Shown: positions 37,866 to 48,320, numbered from the stretch's first letter. The stretch: DNA of 64,000 nucleotides from Deltaproteobacteria bacterium (GCA_029261795.1 JAJDAP010000035.1:16062-80061); one strand, 5' to 3'. Translations and numbers: made by a program. The notes: generated by a model not told the origin, from the letters alone.

Positions 37866-39823
37866 GAGGCGGCGCCCGCAGCGGCTCTGGCATTGGCCCC
37901 GACCTCGTGGTCCACGAGTCGACGATAGGCGGCGTGTCGATTCATCAGCTCGCTGTGGCTGCCGCTCTCGCGCACGCGGCCCTCCTCGAGCACGACGATG
38001 TTGTCGGCGTTGCGCACGCTGCCGAGACGGTGCGTGATCAGGAAGATCATCCGGTCCTGGCCCCAGCGAGCGAGATTCGAGAGTACGCGCGCCTCGGTCG
38101 CGGCATCGAGGGATGCGGTCGGCTCGTCCAGGATCAGGATCGGCGTGTTCTTGAGGACGGCGCGGGCGATGGAGATGCGCTGACGCTGGCCCGTCGAGAG
38201 CTTGGCGCCGCGTTCACCGAGCATCGTCTCGTACTGATCGGGCAGCGCTTCGATGAAGTCATCGGCAGCGGCGACGCGGGCGGCTTCGCGCACTTCCTCG
38301 TCCGTTGCACTCGGCCTCGCATAACGGATGTTCTCGCGAATCGTGGCGCCGGACAGCCAGTTTTCCTGGAGCGCGATCGCCACGCGATCGCGCACGCTCG
38401 CGACCGTGAAGCGGCGCAGGTCCTCGCCGTCGATCCGCACAGAGCCCTGCTGCGGGTCGTAGAGGCGCAGCAACAGCGAAACGAGCGTCGTCTTGCCTGA
38501 GCCGGTGGGGCCGACGAGCGCCGTGATCTGGCCGACCTGCGCCTCGAAGCTGATGCCCTCGAGCGCGGGACGATCCGCCTGATAACGAAAGTGGAGATCC
38601 TCGAAGCGCACGCCAGAGATGACGCCCGTAAGCGGCACGGCGTCGGCTGCGTCCTGGACTTCCGGTTCGAGATCCAGCAGCTCGTAGACGCGATCCAGGC
38701 CGATCGCCACGTTCTGCGCGTTGGCCCAGATACGGAAGATCGAGCGCAGCGCGCCAACGCCGTCGGAGAAGCGTTCCTTGAACAGGTTGAAGACACCGAA
38801 GTTCCAGGCGGCGTAGCCCGTGATGGCGAGGACGGCGGGCAGCGGAGCCTCGCTGATTGCGCGGCTCGCGGCGAAACCGCCGGCCAGGGCGAAGGCGATC
38901 CCCGTGATCCAGAAGACCGAGACATTGAAGATCGCGAAGCGGTAGCGCGCTTCGAAAGCCGCATCGAACGCGGTGCGGCTCTCCTTCTCGAAGTGCTCGG
39001 CCATGACGGCTTCCGCGCCGTAGGCCTTGATCACCCGGATCGCCGACAGGTTCTCCTGGATACGCGAAGTCACGTCACTGGTGGTCTCCCGGGCTCGCCG
39101 AAAACCCACGCGCATCGGCCGCGAGCTGTAGTAGCCAAGGGCCAGGTAGATCGGCCAGCAAGCGATCAGTCCGAGCGCCAGTCGCCAATCGATCAGGGCA
39201 ACGAAGGCCACGCCGAACAAGTGCCGACCCAGGGCCATCACGGGTTGGATGAAGAGCACTTCGATGAGTTTGGTCACCATCGAACTGTCCTGGACCATCC
39301 GGTAGATCGCGTCTCCGACGCGACTGCCGGAATGGAAGCGCAACGAAAGGCGCTGGAGCTGCTCGAGCATCCGGACCCGTAGCACCTGGTTGACCCGTTG
39401 AAGGATCCAGACCAGGTAGTAGTAGAGGCCCATCAGGCTCGGTGTCAGCACGGCGATCATCAGGCCGCCGACGAGCAGGATCCGATAGGCAACGTCCATG
39501 CGGAACTCGGAACTGAGCGCCTCGGTGCCAACGCCGAGGTATTCGGTGCCCAGACCGAGCAGGCTCGCCTCGAGGCCGGTCAAGGGTTGCCCCACGAGCA
39601 CGGAGTTCGAGAAGGCGATTCCCAATGGCGCGGCGATCAGGGCGCCGGCGACCCCGGCCACGCTGAAACCCAGGAAGAGCAGGGCCATATGCTTCCGCAC
39701 CGGAACCAGCAAGGTGGTGCTGCGGCGGAAGAGTTGCAGCACGAGCGCAAACGACAGTCGGTCGTCGGTCCCGCCGGTGCCGAGGCTGGCGAGTGTCTCT
39801 ACGTCCGACGGGTTGCTGCTCAT
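37862..39823 (-). CDS. ABC exporter, fused permease/ATPase half-transporter (upstream partner)
   Basis: Transmembrane domain then a nucleotide-binding domain (GPTGSGKTTL, LSTGQRQRISIAR, LILDEPTASLD), 653 aa. Confidence 0.8.
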   Translation of the reverse strand: MSSNPSDVETLASLGTGGTDDRLSFALVLQLFRRSTTLLVPVRKHMALLFLGFSVAGVAGALIAAPLGIAFSNSVLVGQPLTGLEASLLGLGTEYLGVGTEALSSEFRMDVAYRILLVGGLMIAVLTPSLMGLYYYLVWILQRVNQVLRVRMLEQLQRLSLRFHSGSRVGDAIYRMVQDSSMVTKLIEVLFIQPVMALGRHLFGVAFVALIDWRLALGLIACWPIYLALGYYSSRPMRVGFRRARETTSDVTSRIQENLSAIRVIKAYGAEAVMAEHFEKESRTAFDAAFEARYRFAIFNVSVFWITGIAFALAGGFAASRAISEAPLPAVLAITGYAAWNFGVFNLFKERFSDGVGALRSIFRIWANAQNVAIGLDRVYELLDLEPEVQDAADAVPLTGVISGVRFEDLHFRYQADRPALEGISFEAQVGQITALVGPTGSGKTTLVSLLLRLYDPQQGSVRIDGEDLRRFTVASVRDRVAIALQENWLSGATIRENIRYARPSATDEEVREAARVAAADDFIEALPDQYETMLGERGAKLSTGQRQRISIARAVLKNTPILILDEPTASLDAATEARVLSNLARWGQDRMIFLITHRLGSVRNADNIVVLEEGRVRESGSHSELMNRHAAYRRLVDHEVGANARAAAGAAS

Positions 39824-39940
39824 CTCATTTTCCCGAGGCCTCCCCAGCGACGGCCCGGGAGAGCCTAGTTGGCCCTAGAGGCAGGAGCCATGCCGTTTTC
39901 TTCTTGGAGGCCGAGGCGCACCCGCATAGGATGGGCGCCC

Positions 39941-41326
39941 ATGAGGATGCTGGACGCGGTTCAGGAGCTGGGTGCGGGGCTGACGGGGTGGACCGAGCGC
40001 TACATCCCGGACTCATGGGTGCTGTGCATGGCACTCACGGTCGGCGCCGGAGGCCTCGCCGTGGTGGGCCCGGGTGTGGCGCCCTTCGACGTCGTCCTCG
40101 CCTGGGGCGATGGCATGTGGAAGCTGCTCGAACTGGCCATGCAGTTCAGCATCGCCATGGTCGCCGCCTACGCCTGCGTTTCCTCGCGTGCGGTGTTTCG
40201 CGTCCTCGACCGGCTGGCCGGACTTCCAGACCCCCACCGGCCGCTCCAGGCCATCGCCCTGGCCGCGAGCTTCTCGCTGGTCACGTCCTATCTGAACTGG
40301 GCGTTCAGCCTGGTCGGTTGTGCGTTGCTGGTCCCGTTCCTGTGTCGCCGCAACCCGAACGCGGATGTTCGCCTGGTCGTGGCCGCGAGCTTCATCGGAA
40401 TCGGAACCGTCTGGCACGGCGGCTTCTCGGGGTCTGCGCCCTTGATCCTGGCGACGCCGGGCAATCCGCTCGTCGACCCGGCATCGGGGGCCGCCGTTGT
40501 CGACCGGATCTACCCGGTCACCGAGACCTTGTTCCAGCCCTTCAACTTCCTCTACATGGCCGTGGTGGGCACCGTCGCAACCGCAGCCTGCCTCGCCCTG
40601 CATCCGAAGAACGGCCGCCTGACATTCAGCGAAGCGCAGCTCGACGCCATCATGCCGGCTCCGCCCGAAGTGCCCGTCGATGATGGGACGCCGCGCACGC
40701 GCATCGAAGGTTTTCGCGGCTGGGTCTGGCTCGCCGCCGGGTTGATGCTCGCGAGTCTGGGCCACTCGATCGTGACGCGGGGCTTCGGCACCAGTTGGAC
40801 CATCAACGCCTACAACATGGTCTTCCTGAGCGCGGCGCTGCTGCTCCACGGCGAGCCTCGCTCGTTCCTGGCCGCCTGCCGCCGCGGCATGGATACCGCC
40901 TGGGGCATCGTGATCCAGTTCCCGTTCTACGCCGGGATCTTCGGGATCATGGTCGGCACCGGCCTCGGCGATTGGATCGGCGGATTGTTCGCCGAGTGGG
41001 CCACGACCGGGAGCTACCCGTTCGTCGTCTACGTCTACTCGGGCTTCATGAACCTCTTCGTGCCGAGTGCAGGATCGAAGTGGTTGATCGAGGCCCCGTT
41101 CCTGATCCCGGCCGGCGAGGCGCTCGACGTCTCGACCGTCACGGTGCTGCTCGCCTACGCCTACGGCGACTCCACCACGAACCTGATTCAGCCCTTCTGG
41201 GCAATCCCGATCCTGGCCGTCACGCGACTCCGCTTCGGCGACGTGGTCGGCTACCTGTTCCTGATCGCGCTGGCCTGCTTCGCGGTCAGTACCGTCGCCA
41301 TGTTGCTGATTCCTGCTCGGCTCTGA
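39941..41326 (+). CDS. AtoE-like short-chain fatty acid transporter family membrane protein
   Basis: Polytopic. The N-terminus …LTGWTERYIPDSWVLCMALTV… resembles AtoE (TIGR00366) as I recall it. The family assignment is tentative. Confidence 0.5.
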   Translation: MRMLDAVQELGAGLTGWTERYIPDSWVLCMALTVGAGGLAVVGPGVAPFDVVLAWGDGMWKLLELAMQFSIAMVAAYACVSSRAVFRVLDRLAGLPDPHRPLQAIALAASFSLVTSYLNWAFSLVGCALLVPFLCRRNPNADVRLVVAASFIGIGTVWHGGFSGSAPLILATPGNPLVDPASGAAVVDRIYPVTETLFQPFNFLYMAVVGTVATAACLALHPKNGRLTFSEAQLDAIMPAPPEVPVDDGTPRTRIEGFRGWVWLAAGLMLASLGHSIVTRGFGTSWTINAYNMVFLSAALLLHGEPRSFLAACRRGMDTAWGIVIQFPFYAGIFGIMVGTGLGDWIGGLFAEWATTGSYPFVVYVYSGFMNLFVPSAGSKWLIEAPFLIPAGEALDVSTVTVLLAYAYGDSTTNLIQPFWAIPILAVTRLRFGDVVGYLFLIALACFAVSTVAMLLIPARL

Positions 41327-41509
41327 GGACAACCAGGAGCCGGCCAGGTGGGCGCCCTTGCGCGAACTCCGGGCAGAGCGTGGGGTGGCTCGAACGGTGT
41401 TTCGGGGAGGAGCTGTCGGTTCCTCTCGGGCGGAGTTGGGTCCCGGAGGGGCTGTCGAGGGGGTGGTTCGCGTAGATGTTAGGTGGATCGGGTCAGGGTC
41501 GAGGGCGGG

Positions 41510-41697
41510 CTGGAAGCGGGCCGGTCCGCTCCTGGATCCCGCTGCCGTTCCGGGCTGAAGCGGCCTCAGTGCCCCGGTCGGCATCGCCCCATACCGGGCA
41601 CCGCTAGTCGGCACGTCCTCGACCCAAGAAGCCCGCTAGCAAGAGCAAGCTGCGAGCCCGCCTCGTAGAGTCGAGAGCCACCCCACCCCTCAAGACC
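41510..41697. repeat. copy B of the duplicated ~190-nt intergenic element
   Basis: It aligns with 4560..4745 and carries the identical 31-nt core at 41667..41697. It lies between the convergent atoE-like and epimerase genes. Confidence 0.6.
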
Positions 41698-41782
41698 CTC
41701 CGCCCCGGAGAAGCCTCCCGCGTCCTCCACCCGCGCCCCTATTGCCTAGCAAGGCCGCGAGCGCGCCCAGGTCGGGTTGCCG

Positions 41783-42757
41783 CTAGACGCCCGTCTCCAG
41801 ATCCTTCGCCCAAGCCCGCTCGGCCTCGTACCAGGCGACGGTGCGCCGAATGCCCTCGTCGAGGGAGACTTCGGGCTGCCAGTCGAGTAGACGCTGGGCC
41901 TTTTCGATCGAAGCCATCGTGCGGTCCACGTCCGCGGCGTGAGCGGGCTCGTGGACGATCTTGGCGCGCTTCCCGACGTGCCGCTCGATCGTCTCGACCA
42001 GCTCGTTCACCGTATGCGGAGAATCGCCGCCGAGGTTGATGACTTCGAAGCCGAGAGGTCGAAGCGCTGCGACGGTTCCCCGCGCGATGTCGTCGACGTA
42101 GGTGAAATCCCGGGACATCGAGCCATCGCCGAAGACCGTGATGTCGCGCCCCTCGCGGATGCGCTGGACGAACGGGAGCGTCGCCATGTCGGGGCGCCCT
42201 GCCGGTCCGTAGACCGTGAAGTAACGCAGCACCGTCACGTCGAGTCCGTGCAAAGCGTGCCAGGTGTAGGCCAGCGACTCCGCCGCCTTCTTCGTGGCCG
42301 CGTAGGGCGAGATCGGCCGGTTCGTGTCCTGATCTTCCTGGAACGGAACCGGGGCACCCTTGCCGTACAGGCTCGAGGTCGAAGCGAGCACGAATTTCCC
42401 GATTCCCCGCTCGCGGCAGAATTCCAGAAGGTTGAGCGTCCCGGTCACGTTGACATCGACGTAGGGCCAGGGGTTCTCGACGCTGGCACGGACGCCGGCC
42501 CGGGCGGCGAGATTGATCACGCCGTCGAACGGCTCGCTCGGCACTCCGGCAGCCAGGGCATCCCGATCCGAAACATCGACCCGATCGAACCGGAACTTCT
42601 CGTGGCCCAGCAACTGCGAGAGGCGGTGTTCCTTGAGGGGAAGACCGGCCGGGTTCAGATCGTCGATGCCGAAGACTTCGTCCCCACGTTCCAGGAGGCG
42701 TTCCGCGGTGCGAGAAGCGATGAAGCCCGCGACGCCAGTGACCAGGATTCTCGCCAA
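41783..42757 (-). CDS. NAD-dependent epimerase/dehydratase (UDP-glucuronate/UDP-sugar 4-epimerase-like)
   Basis: GxxGxxG (VTGVAGFIASR) and the YxxxK catalytic pair, with …FTVYGPAGRPDMA… typical of UDP-GlcA 4-epimerases. Confidence 0.75.
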   Translation of the reverse strand: MARILVTGVAGFIASRTAERLLERGDEVFGIDDLNPAGLPLKEHRLSQLLGHEKFRFDRVDVSDRDALAAGVPSEPFDGVINLAARAGVRASVENPWPYVDVNVTGTLNLLEFCRERGIGKFVLASTSSLYGKGAPVPFQEDQDTNRPISPYAATKKAAESLAYTWHALHGLDVTVLRYFTVYGPAGRPDMATLPFVQRIREGRDITVFGDGSMSRDFTYVDDIARGTVAALRPLGFEVINLGGDSPHTVNELVETIERHVGKRAKIVHEPAHAADVDRTMASIEKAQRLLDWQPEVSLDEGIRRTVAWYEAERAWAKDLETGV

Positions 42758-43570
42758 CTAACGACCCCGGAATTCCGGATCGCGCTTTTCGAGGAACGCG
42801 GCCATCCCTTCGACCCGATCTTCGCTAGCGAAGCTCAACCCGAAGGCTTGCTGCTCGAGGGCGTGGGCCACGCGGACATCGGCATCCTGGGCCTCCTGGA
42901 TGACGCGTTTCGCCAACGCCACGGCGACCGGGCCCTTCTTCGCGATGGTCTCACCGAGTTCTAGAGCGGCGGCGAGCAGTTCTTCGGGCGTCTCGAACAC
43001 GCGATTGGCAAGCCCGATCCGCTCGGCGACCTCGCCCGTGATCGCCTCGCCGGAGAGGATCAACTCCTTGGCCCAGGCCGGCCCGATCCTGCGCACCATC
43101 CGGCTGGTCCCGCCAAAACCGGGCAACACGCCGAGATTCACCTCGGGTTGGCCCAGCCGGGCCTTCTTCGCCACCCAGATGAAGTCACAGGCCAGCGCCA
43201 GTTCACAACCACCGCCCAGTGCGAAGCCGTTGACGGCAGCAACGGTGGGAACCGGCAACGCTTCGAGCGCCGCGAAGGTATCGTGGCCGAGACGACTGAA
43301 GGCTTCGCCCTCGAGGGGGCTCATCTTCTGCATCTCCGCGATGTCGGCGCCGGCCGCAAAGGCGCGACCTGCACCCGTCACCACGACGGCGCGCAGCGTC
43401 TCATCGCCGGAGAGTGCGACCAGTGCCTCACCCAGCGTCTCGAGCAACCCGCGCGAGAGCGCGTTCAATGCGTCAGGACGATTCAGTGTCAGCAGCGCCA
43501 CGGCTCCGCGGCGTTCGGACAAGACCAGGTCGGACACGAGGCTCCCTTCGACCGGCTCGACGCCGGACAT
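42758..43570 (-). CDS. enoyl-CoA hydratase/isomerase (crotonase family)
   Basis: LTLNRPDALNAL…VVVTGAGRAFAAGADI…GGGCELALACD, 270 aa. Confidence 0.8.
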   Translation of the reverse strand: MSGVEPVEGSLVSDLVLSERRGAVALLTLNRPDALNALSRGLLETLGEALVALSGDETLRAVVVTGAGRAFAAGADIAEMQKMSPLEGEAFSRLGHDTFAALEALPVPTVAAVNGFALGGGCELALACDFIWVAKKARLGQPEVNLGVLPGFGGTSRMVRRIGPAWAKELILSGEAITGEVAERIGLANRVFETPEELLAAALELGETIAKKGPVAVALAKRVIQEAQDADVRVAHALEQQAFGLSFASEDRVEGMAAFLEKRDPEFRGR

Positions 43571-43639
43571 GAGAGACTCGCCCGCGTTCAGGATCGCGCA
43601 AGTTCTACGCGTGGTAGGATGCGGGCCGCCGGAGGAACC

Positions 43640-44350
43640 ATGGAACGTTCGAAGCTCGCTGTAACGACCGCCTTCTTGTCCGGGGCGGGTCTACTCATGG
43701 GCGCCGCCACGCCGCTGTTCATCCAAGCGGGCTGGGTACGCCCGATGATCGGGTTCCAGGCCTGGGCGCTCTGCTCCCTGATCGGCCTCGTCGGCCTGGT
43801 GGTGGGACTGTTCGCGCTCGGTGCCACCAGGGTGGGCAAGAAGGCGGGCCGCTCGTTGGCCATCTTCGGCGTCGCCGCTGGCGGCCTGATCGGCGGCGTG
43901 TTCGTCTGGAGCGCGGCTTCGGGTGGGGATTACCCGCCGATCAACGACATCACCACCGACCTCGAGGACCCGCCGGCGTTCGCCTCGGACCCCTCGGATC
44001 TCGAGCGCGACATGAGCTACCCGCCCAAGTTCGCAGCCGACGTCCGAAGCGCCTATCCCGACCTCGCGCCGATCGAGACCAGCAACGATCCGACCCGCGC
44101 CCTCGACCTCGCCATGCAGACGGCCGAAGGATTGGGTTGGGAGATCATCCAGGCCGACCGTGAGGCGGGAACCCTGCTGGCTCGCCACACGACCGCGATC
44201 TTCCGTTTCGTCGACGACATCGTGGTCCGGGTTCGGCCGAAGGACGGCGGCGCCATCGTCGACCTGCGTTCCAAATCCCGGGATGGCCGCGGTGACATCG
44301 GTGCCAACGCCATTCGGATTCGCGCCTTCACGGAAGCGTATCCGCGCTAG
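43640..44350 (+). CDS. DUF1499-family membrane protein
   Basis: GGAGGA SD then ATG. Two N-terminal transmembrane segments and a conserved soluble domain, which I assign to DUF1499 from memory. Confidence 0.45.
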   Translation: MERSKLAVTTAFLSGAGLLMGAATPLFIQAGWVRPMIGFQAWALCSLIGLVGLVVGLFALGATRVGKKAGRSLAIFGVAAGGLIGGVFVWSAASGGDYPPINDITTDLEDPPAFASDPSDLERDMSYPPKFAADVRSAYPDLAPIETSNDPTRALDLAMQTAEGLGWEIIQADREAGTLLARHTTAIFRFVDDIVVRVRPKDGGAIVDLRSKSRDGRGDIGANAIRIRAFTEAYPR

Positions 44351-44368
44351 CACGTCAGGCGGGAGCGC

Positions 44369-46003
44369 TCAGACCTCGAGGCCGAGCGCCTCGAAAGCAG
44401 TCGCCTTCGCCCAGCGGTAGTCGGCCTTGCCCGACGGCGCGCGCAGCACTTCCGGAACGAAGACGAACGCACGCGGGAGTTTGTAGCGGGCCACGTGGCG
44501 CTCACACTCGGCGAGGAGCGCGGGCTCGTCTTCCGCCGCGCCGGAGCGAAGCGCCACGATCGCGGTTACCTGTTGCCCGAAGCGCTCGTTCGGCGTCCCG
44601 GTCACGACGGCGTCGTAGACCGCCGGGTGGTGCTTCAAGGCCTGCTCCACTTCTTCCGCGAAGATCTTCTCGCCCCCGGAGTTGATCGTGACCGAGTCAC
44701 GGCCGAGCAGCTCCACCCCGCCGCCTTCTCGCGCGATGGCGCGATCGCCGGGAACCGAATAACGAACGCCCGCGATCTCGGGGAAGGTCTGAGCCGTCTT
44801 CGCCTCGTCCTTGTAGTAGCCGAGCGGGACCGGGCCGGTTCGGGCCAACCAGCCGCTCTCGCCCGTCCCGGGCTCCACCAGCCCGCTCAGATCCTCCTTG
44901 AGGACAGCGTTACCCTCGCCCAGTTCGAAGTCGCCCGTCGTCGCCCGGGTGCCGGAACGTGAGACCTGGGTGGCCTGATGCCCGCTCTCGGAGGAACCCA
45001 GGACGTCCATGATCCGCGCGCCCGGCAACAGCGCGAGCAACTCGTCCTTGATGCTCGCTGTGAGGATCGCGCCACCACTCGAGATCGAGCGCACGCTGGA
45101 AACGTCGAATTCCCCCTCGCGTAGCGCATCGAGCATGGGCCGGGCGAAAGCGTCACCGACGATCGTCATCGCCGAGATGCGTTCGCGCTCGACGGTCTGC
45201 CAGATGTCCTTCGCGTCGAAGGATCGGGGATCGGACTGCACGAAGATGGTGCCGCCAACGAACCACATCGTGAAGGCCGCCCAATGGGCGGCACCGTGCA
45301 TGAAAGGCGGCGTCGGCATCGCGCGCATCTTGCCCGCACCGGTCCGAGCGCGCTCGACGACGGCCTCGAGGGTCGACTCGATCCTGGGCGGCAACAGCGC
45401 CGCTCGCAGGATCTCCTCCTGGCGCCACAGGACCCCCTTGGGCATGCCCGTCGTGCCACCGGTATAGAGGATGTAGAGATCGTCCGCCGAGAGACCTTCC
45501 GGCGGGTCCGGCGTCGCCGCCGCCAGCGCTTCTTCGTAGGGGACGGCACCCTCGAGGTGCTCGCCCGAACCGTCATCCACCTCGAGCCAGAGCTTCACCT
45601 GCGGCAGGTGGTCACGAACCTTCGCCAAGGTCGGCGCGAAACTCGCGTGAAAGATGACGGCCTTCGCATCGGCATTGTCGAACAGGTAGACCAGCTCCTC
45701 CTCGACATAGCGATAGTTCACGTTGAACGGTGCACAGCGCGCCTTGAATGCGCCTAGCATCCCTTCGAGATACTCGTTCCCGTTGTAGAGATAGAGCGCG
45801 ACGTGATCCTGGCCGCTCTCCCAGTTCGCGAGTCCGGAACGCTCCTCCCGGCAGCCGAGGCCGGCTTCTCGAAGGGCCGAGGCCAGCCGCCGCGTCCGAT
45901 CCTGCACCTGGCGCCAGGTCAAGCGCCGGTCCCGATAGACCAGGCACTCCTCGTCCGGAATCGCGTCCGAGATCGCCTCATGCAGGGACGCGAGATTCAG
46001 CAC
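44369..46003 (-). CDS. AMP-forming acyl-CoA synthetase
   Basis: AMP-binding signature YTGGTTGMPKGV, 544 aa. Confidence 0.8.
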   Translation of the reverse strand: MLNLASLHEAISDAIPDEECLVYRDRRLTWRQVQDRTRRLASALREAGLGCREERSGLANWESGQDHVALYLYNGNEYLEGMLGAFKARCAPFNVNYRYVEEELVYLFDNADAKAVIFHASFAPTLAKVRDHLPQVKLWLEVDDGSGEHLEGAVPYEEALAAATPDPPEGLSADDLYILYTGGTTGMPKGVLWRQEEILRAALLPPRIESTLEAVVERARTGAGKMRAMPTPPFMHGAAHWAAFTMWFVGGTIFVQSDPRSFDAKDIWQTVERERISAMTIVGDAFARPMLDALREGEFDVSSVRSISSGGAILTASIKDELLALLPGARIMDVLGSSESGHQATQVSRSGTRATTGDFELGEGNAVLKEDLSGLVEPGTGESGWLARTGPVPLGYYKDEAKTAQTFPEIAGVRYSVPGDRAIAREGGGVELLGRDSVTINSGGEKIFAEEVEQALKHHPAVYDAVVTGTPNERFGQQVTAIVALRSGAAEDEPALLAECERHVARYKLPRAFVFVPEVLRAPSGKADYRWAKATAFEALGLEV

Positions 46004-46004
46004 G

Positions 46005-47129
46005 CTAGGCCCGGGCCGGTTGGTCGGCCAGGAGCTTCCCGAGGCGGAGCAATTGCGGGGTCGTCCCGCCCAGTTGCAGTTCCAGGTGCTTGGCGTGCAG
46101 GTAGAAGCGGTGGAGCGGATACTCCTTGTCGACGCCGACGCCGCCGTGGAGGTGCTGGGCTGCGGCCACCACCCGCTGACCTGCTTCCGCTACCCAGTAC
46201 TTGGCGACAGCGACTTCCTTCGAGGCGTCGAGCCCTTCGTGCAGACGCCAGGCCGCTTGCAGGGTCGTCAGGCGAATGGCCTCGACATCGATGTAGGCAT
46301 CGGCCGCGCGGTGGCCGACCGCCTGGAACATCGCGATCGGCTGATCGAATTGCTTGCGCGTCTTCACGTACTCGCTGGTGAGTTCGAGGGCGGCCTCACA
46401 CAAGCCGAGTCCGTAGGCCGACTGCGCGGCGTTCGCACACTCGAGGATCCGCAGCAGGGCCGCCCTTCCCTGCGCGGGCCGCGCCAACACGGCGTCGGCG
46501 CCGATGGTCACATCGAGGCGGAGATGCGCCTCGCTGCGACCGGAGACGGTCTCGACCGCCGTGAACGAGATGCCGTCGACGTCCGCCGGTACCAGCACGA
46601 TGACGATGCCGTCGGCACTGCTTGCGGAGACCAGGATGGCATCGGCGCGTTCGGCCTCGGGCACGCAGAGTTTCGTGCCGACCAGCCGGTACCCGTCTTC
46701 ATCCGGCTCCGCCCGGGTTGCCGGCACCAGCGGGTCGCCGGGGCCTTCGCCATAGGCTCCCGTCAGGACGCATCCGCCGCTCGCGACGCGCGGCAGCCAG
46801 GCCTCGCACAATTCGGCGGAACCGAGCTGGGCGAGCGGAAGCGCGCCCAACACCAGCGACTCCAGCAACGGAACCGGTGCGGTTGCTCGCCCGGCCTGCT
46901 CCATCACGCCGGCGAGTTCGAGAAAGCCGAGGCCTGCGCCCCCGTAGATTTCAGGGATCGCGGTACCGAGCAGGCCGGCCTGGCCGAGTGCACCCCAGAG
47001 CGCGGCATCGAAGCGCGCGCCGCCCAGACGTTCCAGCTCGCGCTGCTTCTCGTGACTTGCCTCTTCGCGAAAGATCTGGCGGGCCAGATCGATCACGGCC
47101 TGGGGTTCGTCGTCGTAACTGAAGTTCAT
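46005..47129 (-). CDS. acyl-CoA dehydrogenase
   Basis: 374 aa with an ACAD fold. Confidence 0.8.
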   Translation of the reverse strand: MNFSYDDEPQAVIDLARQIFREEASHEKQRELERLGGARFDAALWGALGQAGLLGTAIPEIYGGAGLGFLELAGVMEQAGRATAPVPLLESLVLGALPLAQLGSAELCEAWLPRVASGGCVLTGAYGEGPGDPLVPATRAEPDEDGYRLVGTKLCVPEAERADAILVSASSADGIVIVLVPADVDGISFTAVETVSGRSEAHLRLDVTIGADAVLARPAQGRAALLRILECANAAQSAYGLGLCEAALELTSEYVKTRKQFDQPIAMFQAVGHRAADAYIDVEAIRLTTLQAAWRLHEGLDASKEVAVAKYWVAEAGQRVVAAAQHLHGGVGVDKEYPLHRFYLHAKHLELQLGGTTPQLLRLGKLLADQPARA

Positions 47130-47141
47130 GGCTTGGTTCGC

Positions 47142-48320
47142 CTACATGCGCGGGACGCGGGGCAAGCCGAGTCCGATCAGACCGATCAGGTCGCGTTGGA
47201 TTTCGTTGGTGCCACCGCCGAAGGTCAGGATCAGCAGCGCCCGGTAGTTGGTTTCGAGTTGCCCGTAGGTCGCGGCGGCCTCGGAGCCACGTTTCAAGTA
47301 GGCCTGCGGGCCGATCACGTCCATCAGCAGGCGAAAGCTCTCCATGTAGAACTCGGTACCGAACACCTTGATCGTCGAAGCGTCCGCAACATCGAGTGCG
47401 CCGCGGGTCCCGTCCCAGGCGACCTTCCAGTTGATCAACTTCAGGAACTCGAGACCGCTGAAGACGCGGGCGAGATTGATCTGCACCCATTCCTGATCGA
47501 TCACGCGTCGGCCGTCCGGCAGCTGCGTCTGCTGGGCCCAGTTTCGCGTGTTCTCGAAGGATTGCTCCAGCAGGCCCGGCGAACAGAGCGTGACACGCTC
47601 GTGGTTGAGCTGGCTGGTGATCAGCTTCCAGCCCCGGTTCTCGCCGCCGACGAGGTTTCGCGCCGGCACCCGCACGTCCTCGTACAAGACGATGTTGATG
47701 TCGTGCTCGGAGATCAGGTCCATCGGCTGGATCGAGATGCCCGGCGAGTCCTGGGGCACGATGAACATCGAGAGCCCGGCGTGCTTGGCAGCGTCGGGAT
47801 CGGTCCGCGTGGCGAGCCAGATGTAATCGGCGTCGCTCGCGACACTGGTCCAGAGCTTTTCGCCGTTGATCACGTACGCGTCGCCATCGCGATCCGCGCG
47901 GCACTTGAGCGCCGCGAGATCGGTGCCGGCTTCGGCCTCCGAATAACCGATGCAGAAGAGGATCTCGCCGGCCAGGATCCTCGGCAGGAACTCCGCCTTG
48001 ATTTCGTCGCTAGCGTTCTTGTAGAGCGTGGGGCCGACTGTGTTGATGGTCAGCATCGGCACCGGCGCACCGCTGCGCATGGATTCGTCGAAGAAGATGA
48101 ACTGCTCGATCTGCGAGCGACCCTGGCCGCCGTACTCGGTGGGCCAGCCGATCCCGAGCCAGCCGTCGCTGCCCATCTGTCGGATCACCTGGCGGTGCAC
48201 CGGACCGCAGCCGTGCTCGGCGTGCAGCCCGTCACGGATCTCGGGCGTCAGAAGCTTCTCGTAGTAGGCGCGGAGCTCTTCGCGCAGCGCGGTCTGCTCC
48301 GCGTCATAGCCGATATACAT
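47142..48320 (-). CDS. acyl-CoA dehydrogenase
   Basis: Starts MYIGYDAEQTALREELRAYY…. The ORF-track extension to 49346 is spurious. Confidence 0.75.
   Translation of the reverse strand: MYIGYDAEQTALREELRAYYEKLLTPEIRDGLHAEHGCGPVHRQVIRQMGSDGWLGIGWPTEYGGQGRSQIEQFIFFDESMRSGAPVPMLTINTVGPTLYKNASDEIKAEFLPRILAGEILFCIGYSEAEAGTDLAALKCRADRDGDAYVINGEKLWTSVASDADYIWLATRTDPDAAKHAGLSMFIVPQDSPGISIQPMDLISEHDINIVLYEDVRVPARNLVGGENRGWKLITSQLNHERVTLCSPGLLEQSFENTRNWAQQTQLPDGRRVIDQEWVQINLARVFSGLEFLKLINWKVAWDGTRGALDVADASTIKVFGTEFYMESFRLLMDVIGPQAYLKRGSEAAATYGQLETNYRALLILTFGGGTNEIQRDLIGLIGLGLPRVPRM

Noticed and set aside
35746-37893. 715-aa minus ORF in another frame of the ABC exporter
   Set aside because: Extreme Arg/Pro content. 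The in-frame ABC transporter reading contains Walker A, Walker B and the signature motif.
40013-41614. 533-aa minus-strand ORF
   Set aside because: It is antisense to the AtoE-like transporter and runs through repeat copy B. It is low-complexity.
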